NCBI GenBank assembly: GCA_018819165.1 | Contig: JAHJQP010000020.1 | Coordinates: 1 to 44,228 of the forward strand | Length of the DNA: 44,228 nucleotides | Source: Pseudomonadota bacterium | GTDB taxonomy: Bacteria; Desulfobacterota; Syntrophia; Syntrophales; UBA5619 | Reading direction: 5' to 3' | Shown: positions 13,894 through 25,677 of the stretch, piece after piece | How positions within the stretch are numbered: position 1 is the stretch's first letter | Layout of the letters: each line of letters starts with the position of its first letter | Notes under the pieces: generated by a model | Told to the model about the DNA's origin: nothing | Databases searched by the model: none | The model's input: only the letters and a program-made list of their open reading frames with translations | Position numbers and translations under genes: made by a program

Positions 13894-16413
13894 ATGCTCA
13901 ATGCGATTCTCAGAAAACTGATCGGCAGCAAGAATGACCGGGAATTGAAACGCCTTTCCCTTATTCTCGTGGAAATCAATGCTCTTGAACCGGCCATGAT
14001 GGCCCTGAGCGATGAAGAGATCAAGGCAAAAACCCCGTATTTCAGGGATAAACTTCAGAGCGGCGTCGAGTTGGACGAACTCCTCGTCGAGGCTTTTGCA
14101 GTCGTCCGAGAGGCTGCACGCCGTAGCCTGCAGATGAGACCTTTTGACGTCCAGATCCTCGGGGGATTGGTTCTGCATGAGGGGAAGATCGCCGAAATGA
14201 AGACCGGAGAGGGAAAAACCCTGGCCGCGACGATGCCGCTCTACCTGAACGCACTGCCCGGGAAGGGCGTTCATCTCGTGACGGTCAATGACTATCTGGC
14301 CAGGAGGGATGCGGACTGGATGGGACCCATCTACCATTTTCTCGGCATGAACGTCGGAGTCATCGTGCATGGGATGGATGACGATGAGCGGAGGGCCGCC
14401 TACCATGCGGACATCACCTACGGAACGAATAACGAGTTCGGTTTCGACTATCTGCGCGACAACATGAAGTTCAGCCTCGATGACTATGTTCAGCGTGACT
14501 TTCATTATGCCATTGTGGACGAGGTGGACAGCATTCTCATCGACGAGGCGCGGACGCCCCTGATCATCTCCGGACCCTCGGAGGAATCGACGGACAAGTA
14601 CAACCGGGTAAACCAGGTGATCCCGCACCTTAGGAAGGAGAAGGATTATACGGTAGACGAGAAAAGCCGCACCGTCGTCCTGACGGAAGAAGGGGTCGCG
14701 AGGGTCGAGCAGTATCTCAAGGTGCAGAATCTCTATGAACCGCAAAACATCGACACCCTCCACCATGTCAATCAGGCCCTGCGCGCCCACACCCTCTTCC
14801 GGCGGGATGTCGACTATCTGGTCAAGGATGGCAAGGTCATCATCGTCGATGAATTCACCGGAAGGGTCATGCCGGGCAGGCGTTACAGCGACGGTCTCCA
14901 TCAGGCCCTTGAAGCGAAGGAAAGGGTGAAGGTCGAACAGGAAAATCAGACCCTGGCGTCGATCACCTTCCAGAATTACTTCCGGATGTACGAGAAACTG
15001 GCTGGAATGACGGGTACGGCAGATACCGAAGCGGAAGAATTCGCCAAGATTTACCATCTCGAAGTCCTCGTGATTCCGACCAACATGCCAATGATCCGGG
15101 CGGACAACTCCGATGTGATCTACAAGACCGAGAAGGAGAAATTCACCGCGGTCATCGAGGAGATCAAAGAGCTGCACGATGCGAAAAGGCCCGTTCTGGT
15201 AGGAACCATCTCCATAGAAAGATCCGAGCTCTTAAGCAAACACCTGACCCGGACGGGAATCAAACACCACGTTCTGAATGCAAAAAATCATGAGAAGGAA
15301 GCGGAGATCGTCTCCCAGGCCGGACAGCCTGGACAGGTGACCATCTCCACGAACATGGCCGGACGCGGGACGGACATAAAACTTGGCGAAAGGGTGGCCG
15401 ATCTGGGCGGCCTCCATATCCTGGGAACGGAGCGGCATGAGAGCCGGCGTATCGACAACCAGCTCCGCGGTCGGTCGGGACGTCAGGGCGATATGGGGTC
15501 GTCGCGGTTCTATCTCTCCCTCGAGGACGATCTCCTCAGGATTTTTGGCGCGGAGAGGATCTCCTCCGTCATGGACAGGATCGGCATGGAAGAGGGTCAG
15601 CCGATCGAGCACCGGCTCATTTCCAAGGCGATCGAGAATGCCCAGAAACGCGTCGAGGGGCAGAATTTCGATATCCGCAAGCATCTGCTGGAATATGACG
15701 ATGTCATGAACCGCCAGCGGCAGGTCATCTATGAACAGCGGAAGAAGGTCCTCAAAGGAGAAGGGCTCTGGGAAGACGTGGAGGAGATGCTGGAGGAGAT
15801 GGTCGAAGGGATGGTTCAGGAGTACGTGGATGAGAAGCTCCATCCGGAGGAATGGGATCTTAAAGGTCTGGATGAACGGGTTTTCAGACATTTCACCGTG
15901 AAGTTGAATCTCGCCGAGAGAGGCCGGGAACTCGGACCGGAGGCCATCCGGGAGACGATCATAACGGAAGTCAAAACGCTTCTTAGAAATAAAGAGAAGG
16001 AATACGGCAAGCCCCTGATGGATTACCTGATGAAGGTGATCATGCTCCAGTCCATCGATTCGCAGTGGAAGGAAAACCTCCTCGCCATGGATCATCTCAA
16101 GGAAGGGATCGGCCTGCGCGGATACGGGCAGAAGGACCCGGTTCGGGAGTATCAGAAAGAGGGCTACGAGATGTTCATGGACATGATCAGCCGTATCAAA
16201 GAGGACACGGTGGAAAAGCTCTGCCTGGTCCAGATCCGCCGGGAGGAAGAGGTGGAGAGGATCGAGGAGAAGCGGCGGCAGGATTACATCATGTCGCGGG
16301 GTGAGGATACACCGGCGACGGCCACGGTCAAAAGGGAGACGGCCAAGGTCGGCCGGAATGACCCCTGCCCCTGCGGCAGCGGGAAGAAATACAAGAAGTG
16401 TTGCGGCCGGTAG
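13894..16413 (+). CDS. secA: Preprotein translocase ATPase SecA
   Basis: An 839-aa protein starting [25 protein letters not shown]-like motifs. C-terminal [14 protein letters not shown] zinc motif. Confidence 0.97.
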   Translation: MLNAILRKLIGSKNDRELKRLSLILVEINALEPAMMALSDEEIKAKTPYFRDKLQSGVELDELLVEAFAVVREAARRSLQMRPFDVQILGGLVLHEGKIAEMKTGEGKTLAATMPLYLNALPGKGVHLVTVNDYLARRDADWMGPIYHFLGMNVGVIVHGMDDDERRAAYHADITYGTNNEFGFDYLRDNMKFSLDDYVQRDFHYAIVDEVDSILIDEARTPLIISGPSEESTDKYNRVNQVIPHLRKEKDYTVDEKSRTVVLTEEGVARVEQYLKVQNLYEPQNIDTLHHVNQALRAHTLFRRDVDYLVKDGKVIIVDEFTGRVMPGRRYSDGLHQALEAKERVKVEQENQTLASITFQNYFRMYEKLAGMTGTADTEAEEFAKIYHLEVLVIPTNMPMIRADNSDVIYKTEKEKFTAVIEEIKELHDAKRPVLVGTISIERSELLSKHLTRTGIKHHVLNAKNHEKEAEIVSQAGQPGQVTISTNMAGRGTDIKLGERVADLGGLHILGTERHESRRIDNQLRGRSGRQGDMGSSRFYLSLEDDLLRIFGAERISSVMDRIGMEEGQPIEHRLISKAIENAQKRVEGQNFDIRKHLLEYDDVMNRQRQVIYEQRKKVLKGEGLWEDVEEMLEEMVEGMVQEYVDEKLHPEEWDLKGLDERVFRHFTVKLNLAERGRELGPEAIRETIITEVKTLLRNKEKEYGKPLMDYLMKVIMLQSIDSQWKENLLAMDHLKEGIGLRGYGQKDPVREYQKEGYEMFMDMISRIKEDTVEKLCLVQIRREEEVERIEEKRRQDYIMSRGEDTPATATVKRETAKVGRNDPCPCGSGKKYKKCCGR

Positions 16414-16459
16414 GTGCGGTAAACGCAAAATCGCTCGGCTGGCAGGCTTAAGGAGGCAT

Positions 16460-17656
16460 ATGACGTCATCGAATAGCTATCGGGTGCCCGGTTTTCTGGC
16501 CAACGGCGTCCATGCGGGGATCAAGGCGGATGGACGCCCGGATCTGGCCATGATCTTCTCAACGAGCCCGGCAACAGCAGCCGGGGTGTTCACGACAAAC
16601 TGCTTCAAGGCGGCGCCGGTCCTTCTCGACCTGGAGAGGATCAGATCCGGCGAGGCCCAGGCCGTGATCGCCAACAGCGGGGTTGCCAACGCCGCAACCG
16701 GAGCGGAAGGCTTTGCCGACGCCCTTGCCGTTTCAAGAACCGCTTCCGGGGAACTCGGAATTCCGGACGAAATGGTCCTTGTCGCCTCGACCGGCGTGAT
16801 CGGTCATCGTCTTCCCCTGCGGAAGATACAGGAGGGCGTCAAGGGGCTGGTTGCCGGACTCCACGACGACGGGATTCCCGCTGCCGAGGCGGGTATCATG
16901 ACAACAGACCGCTTTCCGAAGATCGCCTGCCGCAACGCCGTGGTCGGGTCGAAAGAGATCACCCTGTGCGGTATCGCCAAAGGTGCGGGGATGATCGAAC
17001 CGCATATGGCAACGATGTTGGCCTTCATCATGACCGATGCCGATATCGAGCATAATGCCCTCGACAGGGTGTTCAGACAATCGGTGGACCACAGTTTCAA
17101 TGCCGTAACCGTCGACGGCTGCATGAGCACGAACGACACGGCGATCATTCTTGCCAACGGTTTTGCCCGGAACCCTCGGATCAAGAAGGGGTCCCGCCAC
17201 CTGGGAAGATTCGCCGAGATGCTCTCCTCCCTGATGTCCGAGCTGGCGCGGGAGCTGGTCCGTGATGGAGAAGGGGCGACAAAGGTGATCGAGATTACGG
17301 TGGAGGAGGCAAGGACGCTTGGCGATGCACAGAGGGTGGCCTATGCGATCGCCAATTCGAATCTGGTCAAAACTGCCTTTTTCGGTGGCGATCCGAACTG
17401 GGGAAGGATCATCTCTGCCGCAGGATCGGCGGGCATCCCTCTGCCGGTGGATCAAGTCCGTCTCTTTTTTGAAGACGTCCCCGTTTTTTCGGGAGGGAAA
17501 GGCGTTGCAGGAAGGGAGGCGGAACTGGCCGGGGTCATGAATAAAACGCAGATCCGCGTGCGTCTCGGACTGGGCATGGGTCGCCGGTCGTGGACGGTCT
17601 TCGCCGCGGATCTTTCCTTTGATTATGTGAAGATTAACGCCCATTACCACACCTGA
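16460..17656 (+). CDS. argJ: Bifunctional ornithine acetyltransferase/N-acetylglutamate synthase ArgJ
   Basis: Contains GFLANGVHAGIK and the autoprocessing region ATMLAFIMTDA. AGGAGG RBS before ATG 16460. Confidence 0.92.
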   Translation: MTSSNSYRVPGFLANGVHAGIKADGRPDLAMIFSTSPATAAGVFTTNCFKAAPVLLDLERIRSGEAQAVIANSGVANAATGAEGFADALAVSRTASGELGIPDEMVLVASTGVIGHRLPLRKIQEGVKGLVAGLHDDGIPAAEAGIMTTDRFPKIACRNAVVGSKEITLCGIAKGAGMIEPHMATMLAFIMTDADIEHNALDRVFRQSVDHSFNAVTVDGCMSTNDTAIILANGFARNPRIKKGSRHLGRFAEMLSSLMSELARELVRDGEGATKVIEITVEEARTLGDAQRVAYAIANSNLVKTAFFGGDPNWGRIISAAGSAGIPLPVDQVRLFFEDVPVFSGGKGVAGREAELAGVMNKTQIRVRLGLGMGRRSWTVFAADLSFDYVKINAHYHT

Positions 17657-17836
17657 GAACGGTCTGAGAAAAAGGCCTTTTACTGGTTATTTCAGCTTGA
17701 TTAATTAAAGTCTTTATGTTAATCAGCCTGCCCAATTCACACATCCCCGGATTGCCGGGCGTTGCTTTTCCAGATGGAAAAGTTTACCGGTCAAGAGGAT
17801 GGGGGTGGCGGAAAAAACAAAGAAGGAGTGTAAAGT

Positions 17837-18694
17837 ATGGCGAGTATTTCCATGAAGTTGTTGCTTGAGGCGGGGGTTCACTTCGGTCACCAGACGAATA
17901 AATGGAACCCCAAAATGAAACCCTATATCTTCGGCGCCCGCAACGGGATCTACATCATCGATCTCCAGCAGACGGTCGGATTGTTTCAGACGGCCTATCA
18001 GTTCGTTGTGGATACGGTTGCGGGGGGCAAAGAGATTCTCTACGTCGGCACCAAGAAGCAATCCCAGGAGTCGATCCATGAGGAGGCCGAAAGATGCGGC
18101 ATGCCTTATGTCAATCAGCGTTGGTTGGGGGGGATGCTGACCAATTTTGCGACCATCAAGAAAAGCATCGACCGCTTGAATGAGCTCGATCGGATGTTTG
18201 CCGACGACAGCATCAAGGCCTTTCCGAAGAAGGAAATCATGGGGCTTCAGAAGGATCGGGATAAACTGGACAAGGTCCTGGGAGGAATCCGGAGCATCAA
18301 GGGTCTTCCCGGAGGTCTGTTCATCGTCGATCCAAAGCGTGAGATGATTAGCGTTGCGGAAGCGAGAAAATTGAAAATACCCATTGTGGCGATGGTGGAT
18401 ACGAACTGCGATCCCGATCTGATCAATTACATCATTCCGGCAAATGACGACGCGATCCGGGCGATAAAGCTCTTTTCCGCGAAAATGGCCGATGCGGTCA
18501 TCGAAGGGAAGAAGCGGTTTGAGGAGCGTCTCCAGGCGGAAAGCGACAAGGGAAGCAATGTGACGATTTCGCGAGCGGCTGAAAACGGTGATACCGATGT
18601 ACCAGAAAGCGTGGAAACAAAGGCCGCCGTAAACGAACATGAGGAATCGCCCGAGAACGGCAGCAAGCAGGATCAGGCAGAGGAGGGACGGTAA
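17837..18694 (+). CDS. rpsB: 30S ribosomal protein S2
   Basis: [19 protein letters not shown] signature. Acidic C-terminal extension. Confidence 0.97.
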   Translation: MASISMKLLLEAGVHFGHQTNKWNPKMKPYIFGARNGIYIIDLQQTVGLFQTAYQFVVDTVAGGKEILYVGTKKQSQESIHEEAERCGMPYVNQRWLGGMLTNFATIKKSIDRLNELDRMFADDSIKAFPKKEIMGLQKDRDKLDKVLGGIRSIKGLPGGLFIVDPKREMISVAEARKLKIPIVAMVDTNCDPDLINYIIPANDDAIRAIKLFSAKMADAVIEGKKRFEERLQAESDKGSNVTISRAAENGDTDVPESVETKAAVNEHEESPENGSKQDQAEEGR

Positions 18695-18695
18695 A

Positions 18696-19298
18696 TTGGA
18701 TATCACATCAGCGATGGTGAAAGAATTGAGGGTAAAGACGGGCGCCGGCATGATGGATTGCAAGGAAGCTCTCACGGTTGCGGAAGGCGATTTTGAAAAG
18801 GCGATCGACTGCCTCCGGAAGAAGGGGATGTCGGCGGCTACGAAACGCTCCTCAAAGGCGACGAAAGAAGGCGCGATTGCTTCCTATATCCATATGGGAG
18901 GGAAGATAGGGGTCCTGGTCGAGTTGAACTGCGAAACCGATTTTGTGGCCAAGACGGATGATTTCCTGGCGCTGGTAAAAGATCTGGCCATGCATGTGGC
19001 GGCGTCGAATCCGCTCTATGTGAGACCGGAGGGAATCCCGGAAAGCGCCCTCGAGAGAGAGAAGGAGATCTACCGGAGCCAGCTTGTGGAGGAGAAAAAA
19101 CCGGAGAAGATCTGGGAGAAGATCATCGAGGGAAAGCTGAAGAAGTACTATGAAGAAGTCTGCCTGATGAATCAGAAGTTCATCAAGAATACGGACATCA
19201 CGGTGGATACGCTGGTCAGCAATATGATTGCCAAGACAGGTGAAAACATCATCGTGCGAAGGTTTGCCCGGTTTCAGCTGGGCGAGGAACTGAAATAG
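18696..19298 (+). CDS. tsf: Translation elongation factor Ts
   Basis: ITSAMVKELRVKTGAGMMDCKEAL. TTG start 8 nt after GGAGGGA. Immediately follows rpsB. Confidence 0.92.
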   Translation: MDITSAMVKELRVKTGAGMMDCKEALTVAEGDFEKAIDCLRKKGMSAATKRSSKATKEGAIASYIHMGGKIGVLVELNCETDFVAKTDDFLALVKDLAMHVAASNPLYVRPEGIPESALEREKEIYRSQLVEEKKPEKIWEKIIEGKLKKYYEEVCLMNQKFIKNTDITVDTLVSNMIAKTGENIIVRRFARFQLGEELK

Positions 19299-19304
19299 GT
19301 GATC

Positions 19305-20021
<717 letters not shown>

Positions 20022-20025
20022 ACTC

Positions 20026-20583
20026 ATGAAGGATGTGATTTTTGAGGAACTCAAAGAGAGCATGGATAAGGCGATCAATGCCCTCGAGAAGTCCTTCAGC
20101 AAGGTGAGAACCGGCAGGGCCTCGCTGTCCCTTCTGGACGGCATCCGAGTCGAGTACTACGGTACGCCGACGCCCCTCAACCAACTGGCGTCTCTATCCA
20201 TTCCTGAAAGCCGGCTGATCGTCATCTCTCCCTGGGACAACTCGGTTCTCGGGGCAATCGAGAAGGCAATCCAGAAATCCGACCTGGGGCTGATGCCCAA
20301 TAACGACGGCAAACTGATCCGTCTTGCCATTCCCCCGCTTACCGAGGAAAGAAGGAGAGAACTGGTCAAAGTCGTCCGAAAGATGGCGGAAGAATGCAGG
20401 GTCAAGCAGCGCAACGCGCGCAGGGACGCCAATGAGCAGCTCAAAGAACTGAAAAAGGGTAATGAAATCTCGGAAGATGAACTCTATGGCTTCCAGGAAG
20501 AAGTTCAGAAGATGACCGACCGCTACATCGAGAAAACCGATGCGGTTCTGGCAGCCAAGGAGAAAGAGGTCATGGAGATCTGA
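20026..20583 (+). CDS. frr: Ribosome recycling factor
   Basis: A 185-aa protein with typical RRF sequence (...[19 protein letters not shown]...). Confidence 0.95.
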   Translation: MKDVIFEELKESMDKAINALEKSFSKVRTGRASLSLLDGIRVEYYGTPTPLNQLASLSIPESRLIVISPWDNSVLGAIEKAIQKSDLGLMPNNDGKLIRLAIPPLTEERRRELVKVVRKMAEECRVKQRNARRDANEQLKELKKGNEISEDELYGFQEEVQKMTDRYIEKTDAVLAAKEKEVMEI

Positions 20584-20605
20584 CAAGGTCGGAGGAACCG
20601 TCCTG

Positions 20606-20640
20606 AAAACGGGGAGCCCGGGGGCTCCCCGTTTTGTTTC
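20606..20640 (+). terminator. Rho-independent terminator after frr
   Basis: AAAACGGGGAGCC-loop-GGCTCCCCGTTTT followed by GTTTC. Confidence 0.7.
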
Positions 20641-20715
20641 GACCCGCCTTGAAAAATAGTCGCTGATGTGTTAGTTAAAACAGATGGAAAGCCGTCATCA
20701 CCTCTGCGGTTGAGT

Positions 20716-21453
20716 ATGAAAGAAATCGATCCGGCAAGAGTTCCCCGGCATATCGCGATCATCATGGACGGAAACGGTCGCTGGGCGAAGAAGCATGCCA
20801 TGGGCAGGGTCCTCGGACATCGGAAGGGCGCCGAGTCCGTGCGGGTGACCGTAAGGACCTGTCGAAGGATCGGTATCCGCTATCTCACACTCTACGCCTT
20901 TTCGATGGAGAACTGGCTTAGACCCGAAGCGGAGGTCCGTGCGCTCCTTCAACTCCTCCAAGAATATCTCGACGGCGAGGTTCAGGAGATGATGGACAAT
21001 GATATCCGTCTTGTGGCCATTGGGAGCCTGGATTCCCTGGGAGACCCTATCCTTACGACCATCAGGGAAGCGATGGAGAGGACAGCCGGCAATCAGGGAA
21101 TGGTTCTCAATCTAGCCCTGAGTTACGGCGGCCGCGATGAGATCGTCATGGCCGCACGAAGTATGGTCGGCGACGGCCTGGCCGGAATCATCAGGCCGGA
21201 AGAGGTGACCAAAGAGCTCTTTGCCCGTTATCTCTACACCACGGGGCTTCCCGATCCGGACCTGCTGATCAGAACGGGGGGCGAATGCCGTGTGAGCAAT
21301 TTTCTCCTGTGGCAGCTGGCCTACACGGAGTTCTACTTTACCGACGTCCTCTGGCCCGATTTTCGAGAAAGGCATCTCCTGGAGGCGATTGTCGACTATC
21401 AGAAGCGGGAGCGGAGGTTCGGAATGACGAGCGATCAGCTCACCCGAACATAG
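20716..21453 (+). CDS. uppS: Undecaprenyl diphosphate synthase
   Basis: Contains HIAIIMDGNGRWA and RTGGECRVSNFLLWQ. The start is ATG 20716 or GTG 20668. Confidence 0.9.
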   Translation: MKEIDPARVPRHIAIIMDGNGRWAKKHAMGRVLGHRKGAESVRVTVRTCRRIGIRYLTLYAFSMENWLRPEAEVRALLQLLQEYLDGEVQEMMDNDIRLVAIGSLDSLGDPILTTIREAMERTAGNQGMVLNLALSYGGRDEIVMAARSMVGDGLAGIIRPEEVTKELFARYLYTTGLPDPDLLIRTGGECRVSNFLLWQLAYTEFYFTDVLWPDFRERHLLEAIVDYQKRERRFGMTSDQLTRT

Positions 21454-21556
21454 AAGCCCGTACGCCGGCTCAGGGTTAAGTTCGAAGGTTTGGGGAGGCA
21501 AAGCGAGAAGTGGACAGATGTCTCCTGCCCCGCGACCCAAAAGAAGGTGAAGAGCG

Positions 21557-22363
21557 ATGACTCCCCACGTGAAAAGATGGATCACCGGGGTGATCGCCGT
21601 ACCGATCCTTTTCGGGATCATTGTGTACGGTTCGGAGGTCGCATTTGCCGTTCTGATTATTGCGGTCTCCCTCGCGGGGATGCAGGAATACAACCAGATG
21701 GCTTTCGGAGCGGGGATGTCCGGGGAAAAGGCGCAGACGATGGTCATCGCACTGCTTATCCTCCTGACTGCCGTCTCCGGGGACTTTCGGCTTCTATCTG
21801 CCGTGATGAGCTTTGCCGTCATGGCGGGTCTTATCCTCCATCTCCTTCGGATCAGGGACCGGGAACCGGACATGAGTCCCGTCGGCAAGACGATCCTGGG
21901 ACTGATGTATATTCCCGTGCTGATGTCCCATTTTATCCTGATTCGCAAGACGCCGGAGGGGGTTCTGTGGATATTTTTTATCCTGGTTCTGGCCTTTTCC
22001 GGAGACGTCGCCGCCTACTATGTAGGAAAGGGAATGGGAAAGAGGAAACTTCTTCCGCATGTAAGTCCCGGAAAGACCGTGGAGGGGACGATCGGCCTGG
22101 TCGCGGGGAGCATAGCCGGATGCCTTCTCTTTCGGCAATTGTTTTTCCCGCTGCTTCCGGTTGCGCATGCCGTCATTCTGGGACTCGTGGGAAGCGTGAC
22201 GGGACAACTCGGAGATCTCTGTGAGTCGGCCTTTAAAAGGGCCGCCGGGGTAAAAGATTCCGGTGCGCTCCTGCCTGGTCATGGCGGCATTCTGGACAGG
22301 CTTGATTGTCTCATGTTTATTGCGCCGTTTGTCTACTATTATCAGGCACTGATCATTCGATGA
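21557..22363 (+). CDS. cdsA: Phosphatidate cytidylyltransferase
   Basis: Polytopic membrane protein ending ...SAFKRAAGVKDSGALLPGHGGILDRLD. Confidence 0.9.
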   Translation: MTPHVKRWITGVIAVPILFGIIVYGSEVAFAVLIIAVSLAGMQEYNQMAFGAGMSGEKAQTMVIALLILLTAVSGDFRLLSAVMSFAVMAGLILHLLRIRDREPDMSPVGKTILGLMYIPVLMSHFILIRKTPEGVLWIFFILVLAFSGDVAAYYVGKGMGKRKLLPHVSPGKTVEGTIGLVAGSIAGCLLFRQLFFPLLPVAHAVILGLVGSVTGQLGDLCESAFKRAAGVKDSGALLPGHGGILDRLDCLMFIAPFVYYYQALIIR

Positions 22364-23523
22364 AAAGGCTTTCCATACTCGGCTCTACGGGTTCAATAGG
22401 TGTAAGTACGCTGGATGTCGTCGCGTCTCATCCGGAAGAATTTGTCGTGACGGCCCTTGCTGCCGGAAGAAATATCGGCCTCCTGAAGAATCAGATCGAC
22501 CGTTTCCGGCCGCGCCTCGCGGCGGTGATCGACGAAGAACATGCCTCCGGGCTCCGTCGTCTCCTGGGTCCGGCCGCTGCAACGGCAGTTCTCTACGGAC
22601 AGGAGGGTTATCGGGAAGTGGCGGCCGCTGCCGGGGCCGATATGGTCGTTTCCGCCATGGTCGGTGCTGCCGGGCTTATCCCCACGCTGGAAGCGATCGA
22701 GGCGGGAAGTGCAATCGCCCTGGCCAACAAGGAGACGCTGGTTATGGCAGGCCGTATCGTCCTGCGCAAAGCGGCAGAGAAGGGTGTGAATATTATCCCC
22801 GTCGACAGCGAACACAGCGCGATTTTCCAGTGCCTCCAGGGGCACAGCCGGGAAGATGTCCGCCGGATCATCCTGACCGCCTCCGGGGGGCCGTTCCTCC
22901 ATGCCTCTGCAGATGAACTGGCGGCGGTCACGCCCGCGGAGGCCCTGCGGCATCCCAACTGGGCGATGGGCAGGAAGATTACGATCGATTCGGCCACCAT
23001 GATCAATAAGGGATTAGAGGTGATTGAAGCGGGGTGGCTCTTCGGCCTTCCTGCAGCGGCGATCGATGTCCTCATCCACCCCCGGAGCGTCGTTCATTCG
23101 CTGGTGGAATACCGGGACGGCAGTGTTATCGCCCAGCTCGGCGTGCCGGACATGAGGGTCCCCATTGCCTACGCCCTTTCTTTCCCGCACCGTCTCCACC
23201 GGACGGATCATGCCCTGGATCTGACTACGGCCGGTCCTCTGGAGTTTCTCAAGCCCGACCTGGAGAGATTTCCCGGCCTGAGGCTGGCGTATGAGGCCGC
23301 AGGAAAGGGAGGGACGATGCCGGCAGTCCTCAACGGAGCGAATGAAATCGCCGTAGAGGCATTTCTTCGTGAAAAAATCGGTTTCAGCGATATCGTCTTT
23401 GTTGTGGAGAAGGTCCTTTCCCGCCACTCGGTGCAGGAAGAGCCGAGCATCGACGAGATCCTCGCTGCCGACCGGTGGGCCAGGGAAGAGGCCGGACAAA
23501 CAATAAAAGGAATGAGAAATTGA
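22360..23523 (+). CDS. dxr: 1-deoxy-D-xylulose 5-phosphate reductoisomerase
   Basis: LSILGSTGSIGVSTLDV N-terminus. ATGA overlap with cdsA. Confidence 0.95.
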   Translation: MKRLSILGSTGSIGVSTLDVVASHPEEFVVTALAAGRNIGLLKNQIDRFRPRLAAVIDEEHASGLRRLLGPAAATAVLYGQEGYREVAAAAGADMVVSAMVGAAGLIPTLEAIEAGSAIALANKETLVMAGRIVLRKAAEKGVNIIPVDSEHSAIFQCLQGHSREDVRRIILTASGGPFLHASADELAAVTPAEALRHPNWAMGRKITIDSATMINKGLEVIEAGWLFGLPAAAIDVLIHPRSVVHSLVEYRDGSVIAQLGVPDMRVPIAYALSFPHRLHRTDHALDLTTAGPLEFLKPDLERFPGLRLAYEAAGKGGTMPAVLNGANEIAVEAFLREKIGFSDIVFVVEKVLSRHSVQEEPSIDEILAADRWAREEAGQTIKGMRN

Positions 23524-24620
23524 TAGGAATCAGCATCATATCGGTCGTTGTTTTACTGGGGGTTCTCATCTTTGCCCATGAGCTCGGTCATTTTCTGATG
23601 GCCAAATGGGCGGGTGTGGGCGTGATGAAATTTTCCCTCGGCTTCGGCCCGCGGATCGTCGGCAGAAAAATCGGGGAAACGGAATATCTCCTCTCCCTGA
23701 TCCCTCTCGGGGGGTATGTGAAACTCCTCGGGGAGGCCCCCGGAGAGGAATTATCACCGGAGGATGAAAAGAGGGCCTTTCTGAAACAGCCGGTCCTTAA
23801 AAGGATCGGCATTGTGGCTGCGGGACCTGTTTTCAATCTCCTGCTGGCCGTGGCTATCTTCACCGTGGTCAACATGGTCGGACTTCCCGTTCTGACGTCG
23901 GAGATCGGCGCCCTACAGCCCGCTTCCGCCGCCATGGAATCCGGAATGAAAGAGGGAGACATGATCATCTCCCTGGACGGTAAATCCGTGTCAAAATGGG
24001 ACGAAATCTCTGAAATCATCGGCCGAAGCGAGGGAAAACCGCTGCGGGTCACCGTCAGCAGAGATGGCCGGCCCATGGAAATCCCCGTGATAGCGAGGCT
24101 CATGAAGACGAAAAATATTTTCGGAGAGGAAGTGGAGACCTACAAAATCGGTATCAGTCCCTCTCCCCGCACCGTCATCGAAAGGCATAATCCCCTGTCG
24201 GCTTTGGGAAAGGGTCTCCGGCAGACGTGGATGATCGGCAAACTGACTCTCATCAGCATCGGCAAGATGTTTCAGGGGGTCGTTTCACCGAAGAGCATAG
24301 GAGGTCCGATCCTGATCGCCCAGATCGCCATCGCGCAGGTAAAAGAGGGGATCATCCCGTTCATTGTGTTCATGGCCCTCCTGAGCATCAATCTGGCCAT
24401 TCTCAACCTCCTGCCCGTTCCGGTTCTGGACGGCGGCCATCTGTTTTTCTTTATGATCGAATTGGTGACGGGCCGCGAGGTCAATGTCCGCTGGCGCGAG
24501 ATGGCCCAGCAGATCGGTTTCGCCCTTTTGATTCTCCTGATGATCTTCGTCTTCATGCTGGATATTGACAGGATGAACATCAAGGTCATCAGCGATTTTA
24601 TTCGGAAAATTACAGGCTGA
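23520..24620 (+). CDS. rseP: RIP metalloprotease RseP (site-2 protease)
   Basis: HELGHF zinc motif, a PDZ segment, and C-terminal NLLPVPVLDGG. TTG start overlaps the dxr stop (TTGA). Confidence 0.88.
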   Translation: MIGISIISVVVLLGVLIFAHELGHFLMAKWAGVGVMKFSLGFGPRIVGRKIGETEYLLSLIPLGGYVKLLGEAPGEELSPEDEKRAFLKQPVLKRIGIVAAGPVFNLLLAVAIFTVVNMVGLPVLTSEIGALQPASAAMESGMKEGDMIISLDGKSVSKWDEISEIIGRSEGKPLRVTVSRDGRPMEIPVIARLMKTKNIFGEEVETYKIGISPSPRTVIERHNPLSALGKGLRQTWMIGKLTLISIGKMFQGVVSPKSIGGPILIAQIAIAQVKEGIIPFIVFMALLSINLAILNLLPVPVLDGGHLFFFMIELVTGREVNVRWREMAQQIGFALLILLMIFVFMLDIDRMNIKVISDFIRKITG

Positions 24621-24622
24621 AG

Positions 24623-25336
24623 ATGCTGACGCTGGCGATAGAAACCACGACGAAGACCGTGGGATTGGCCATTCTGAGAGAAGAGGAGATTCTCGCCGAG
24701 CTCTATCTCAGCCTGGGAAGACACCATGCGGAGATTCTGCTTCCAGCCCTGGAGAAGCTCTGCCTTCTCACAGGCCTGCCCGCCGCACGGGTGGATCTGC
24801 TTGCCTGTACGATTGGCCCGGGTTCGTTTACGGGGGTGAGGATAGGGGTAAGCACCGTCAAAGGTCTGGCCCTGGCCACTGGGAAGCCGGTTGTGGGGGT
24901 GTCGACACTGGAGGCCCTTGCCATGAATGCCGTCCCCTATCCAAACCTGATCTGTCCAATGCTGGATGCCGGGAAAAATCAGGTTTATGCCGGACTGTAC
25001 CGTATGGGCAAAGGCAGCATTCCCGAAGTCGTTAGGGCGGAACGGCTTGTCGATGTCAACACGTTGCTGGCGGATCTGGACGATGAAGAGGTCGTTTTCC
25101 TGGGTGACGGGGCCGTACGCTATGAGAAGCTGATTGGCGAGAGGTTGCCGGGCCGGTGTATGCATGATGACAGCCGGCTGCACAATCTACGGGCGTCTGC
25201 TGTCGGTCTGATCGGTCTGAGACGGTATCGAAACGGCGATCGCCTCGATCCTTTGACCTTTACGCCGAGATACCTCCGGCTTTCCGAGGCGGAAATAAAA
25301 CACCGGGTTGCAGGCGCAGCGCCGCTCCGGCCTTAA
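24623..25336 (+). CDS. tsaB: tRNA threonylcarbamoyladenosine biosynthesis protein TsaB
   Basis: Contains MLTLAIETTTKTVGLAIL and GPGSFTGVRIG. Confidence 0.85.
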   Translation: MLTLAIETTTKTVGLAILREEEILAELYLSLGRHHAEILLPALEKLCLLTGLPAARVDLLACTIGPGSFTGVRIGVSTVKGLALATGKPVVGVSTLEALAMNAVPYPNLICPMLDAGKNQVYAGLYRMGKGSIPEVVRAERLVDVNTLLADLDDEEVVFLGDGAVRYEKLIGERLPGRCMHDDSRLHNLRASAVGLIGLRRYRNGDRLDPLTFTPRYLRLSEAEIKHRVAGAAPLRP

Positions 25337-25398
25337 GGCGACGGTTGACTTTCTGATAATATTGAGATAAGTTCAATTCACAGACAGGTTTGATCATT

Positions 25399-25623
25399 AT
25401 GGAAAAAAGGGAAGAAGCCCTGATTGCACGTCATATTCATGAGGATGGGGAGCTCCGTAGATATGTAGAGGAACACCGGCAGTATGAAGAGACGCTGGCG
25501 GAATTCAATAAGCGGATCCACCTGACCTCGGAGGAAGAGGTCAGAAAAAAGATCCTGCAGAAGAAAAAACTGCTCGGTAAGGAGATGATTTATGCCATTC
25601 TCGAGAAGTATCGCCAGGCTTAG
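25399..25623 (+). CDS. DUF465/YdcH-like small coiled-coil protein
   Basis: A 74-aa protein with an EEHRQYEETL...KKKLLGKEMI pattern. Confidence 0.6.
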   Translation: MEKREEALIARHIHEDGELRRYVEEHRQYEETLAEFNKRIHLTSEEEVRKKILQKKKLLGKEMIYAILEKYRQA

Positions 25624-25677
25624 CGTCTCCGGTTGGTTTTATCACGGCCAATACGGCATTGTTGAGGAGGAGGGCAT

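Noticed and set aside
13807-16428. Very long antisense ORFs opposite secA (13807-15177, 456 aa; 15232-16428, 398 aa). Similar ones lie opposite rpsB (17723-18775), the PurF-like gene and ispG (31189-32718), relA (35463-36920), pyrH (19368-20144), rseP/tsaB (24272-25183) and uppS/cdsA (21112-21948).
   Set aside because: Each lies exactly opposite a gene with unmistakable conserved-family sequence. Their translations are low-complexity, Arg/Pro/Gly/His-rich strings with no motifs. Such shadow ORFs are expected on the antisense strand of GC-rich, codon-biased genes.
17657-17836. Possible promoter (TTGATT-17 nt-TAATCA) and leader hairpin (CCCGG-ATTG-CCGGG) upstream of rpsB.
   Set aside because: The -10 match is poor and the hairpin is short. 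Sequence alone is not enough to call a promoter or an S2 autoregulatory structure.
21490-22224. A 244-aa plus-strand ORF overlapping cdsA in another frame.
   Set aside because: The cdsA frame gives a canonical polytopic CdsA sequence. The alternative frame is Arg/Gly/Asp-rich with no motifs.
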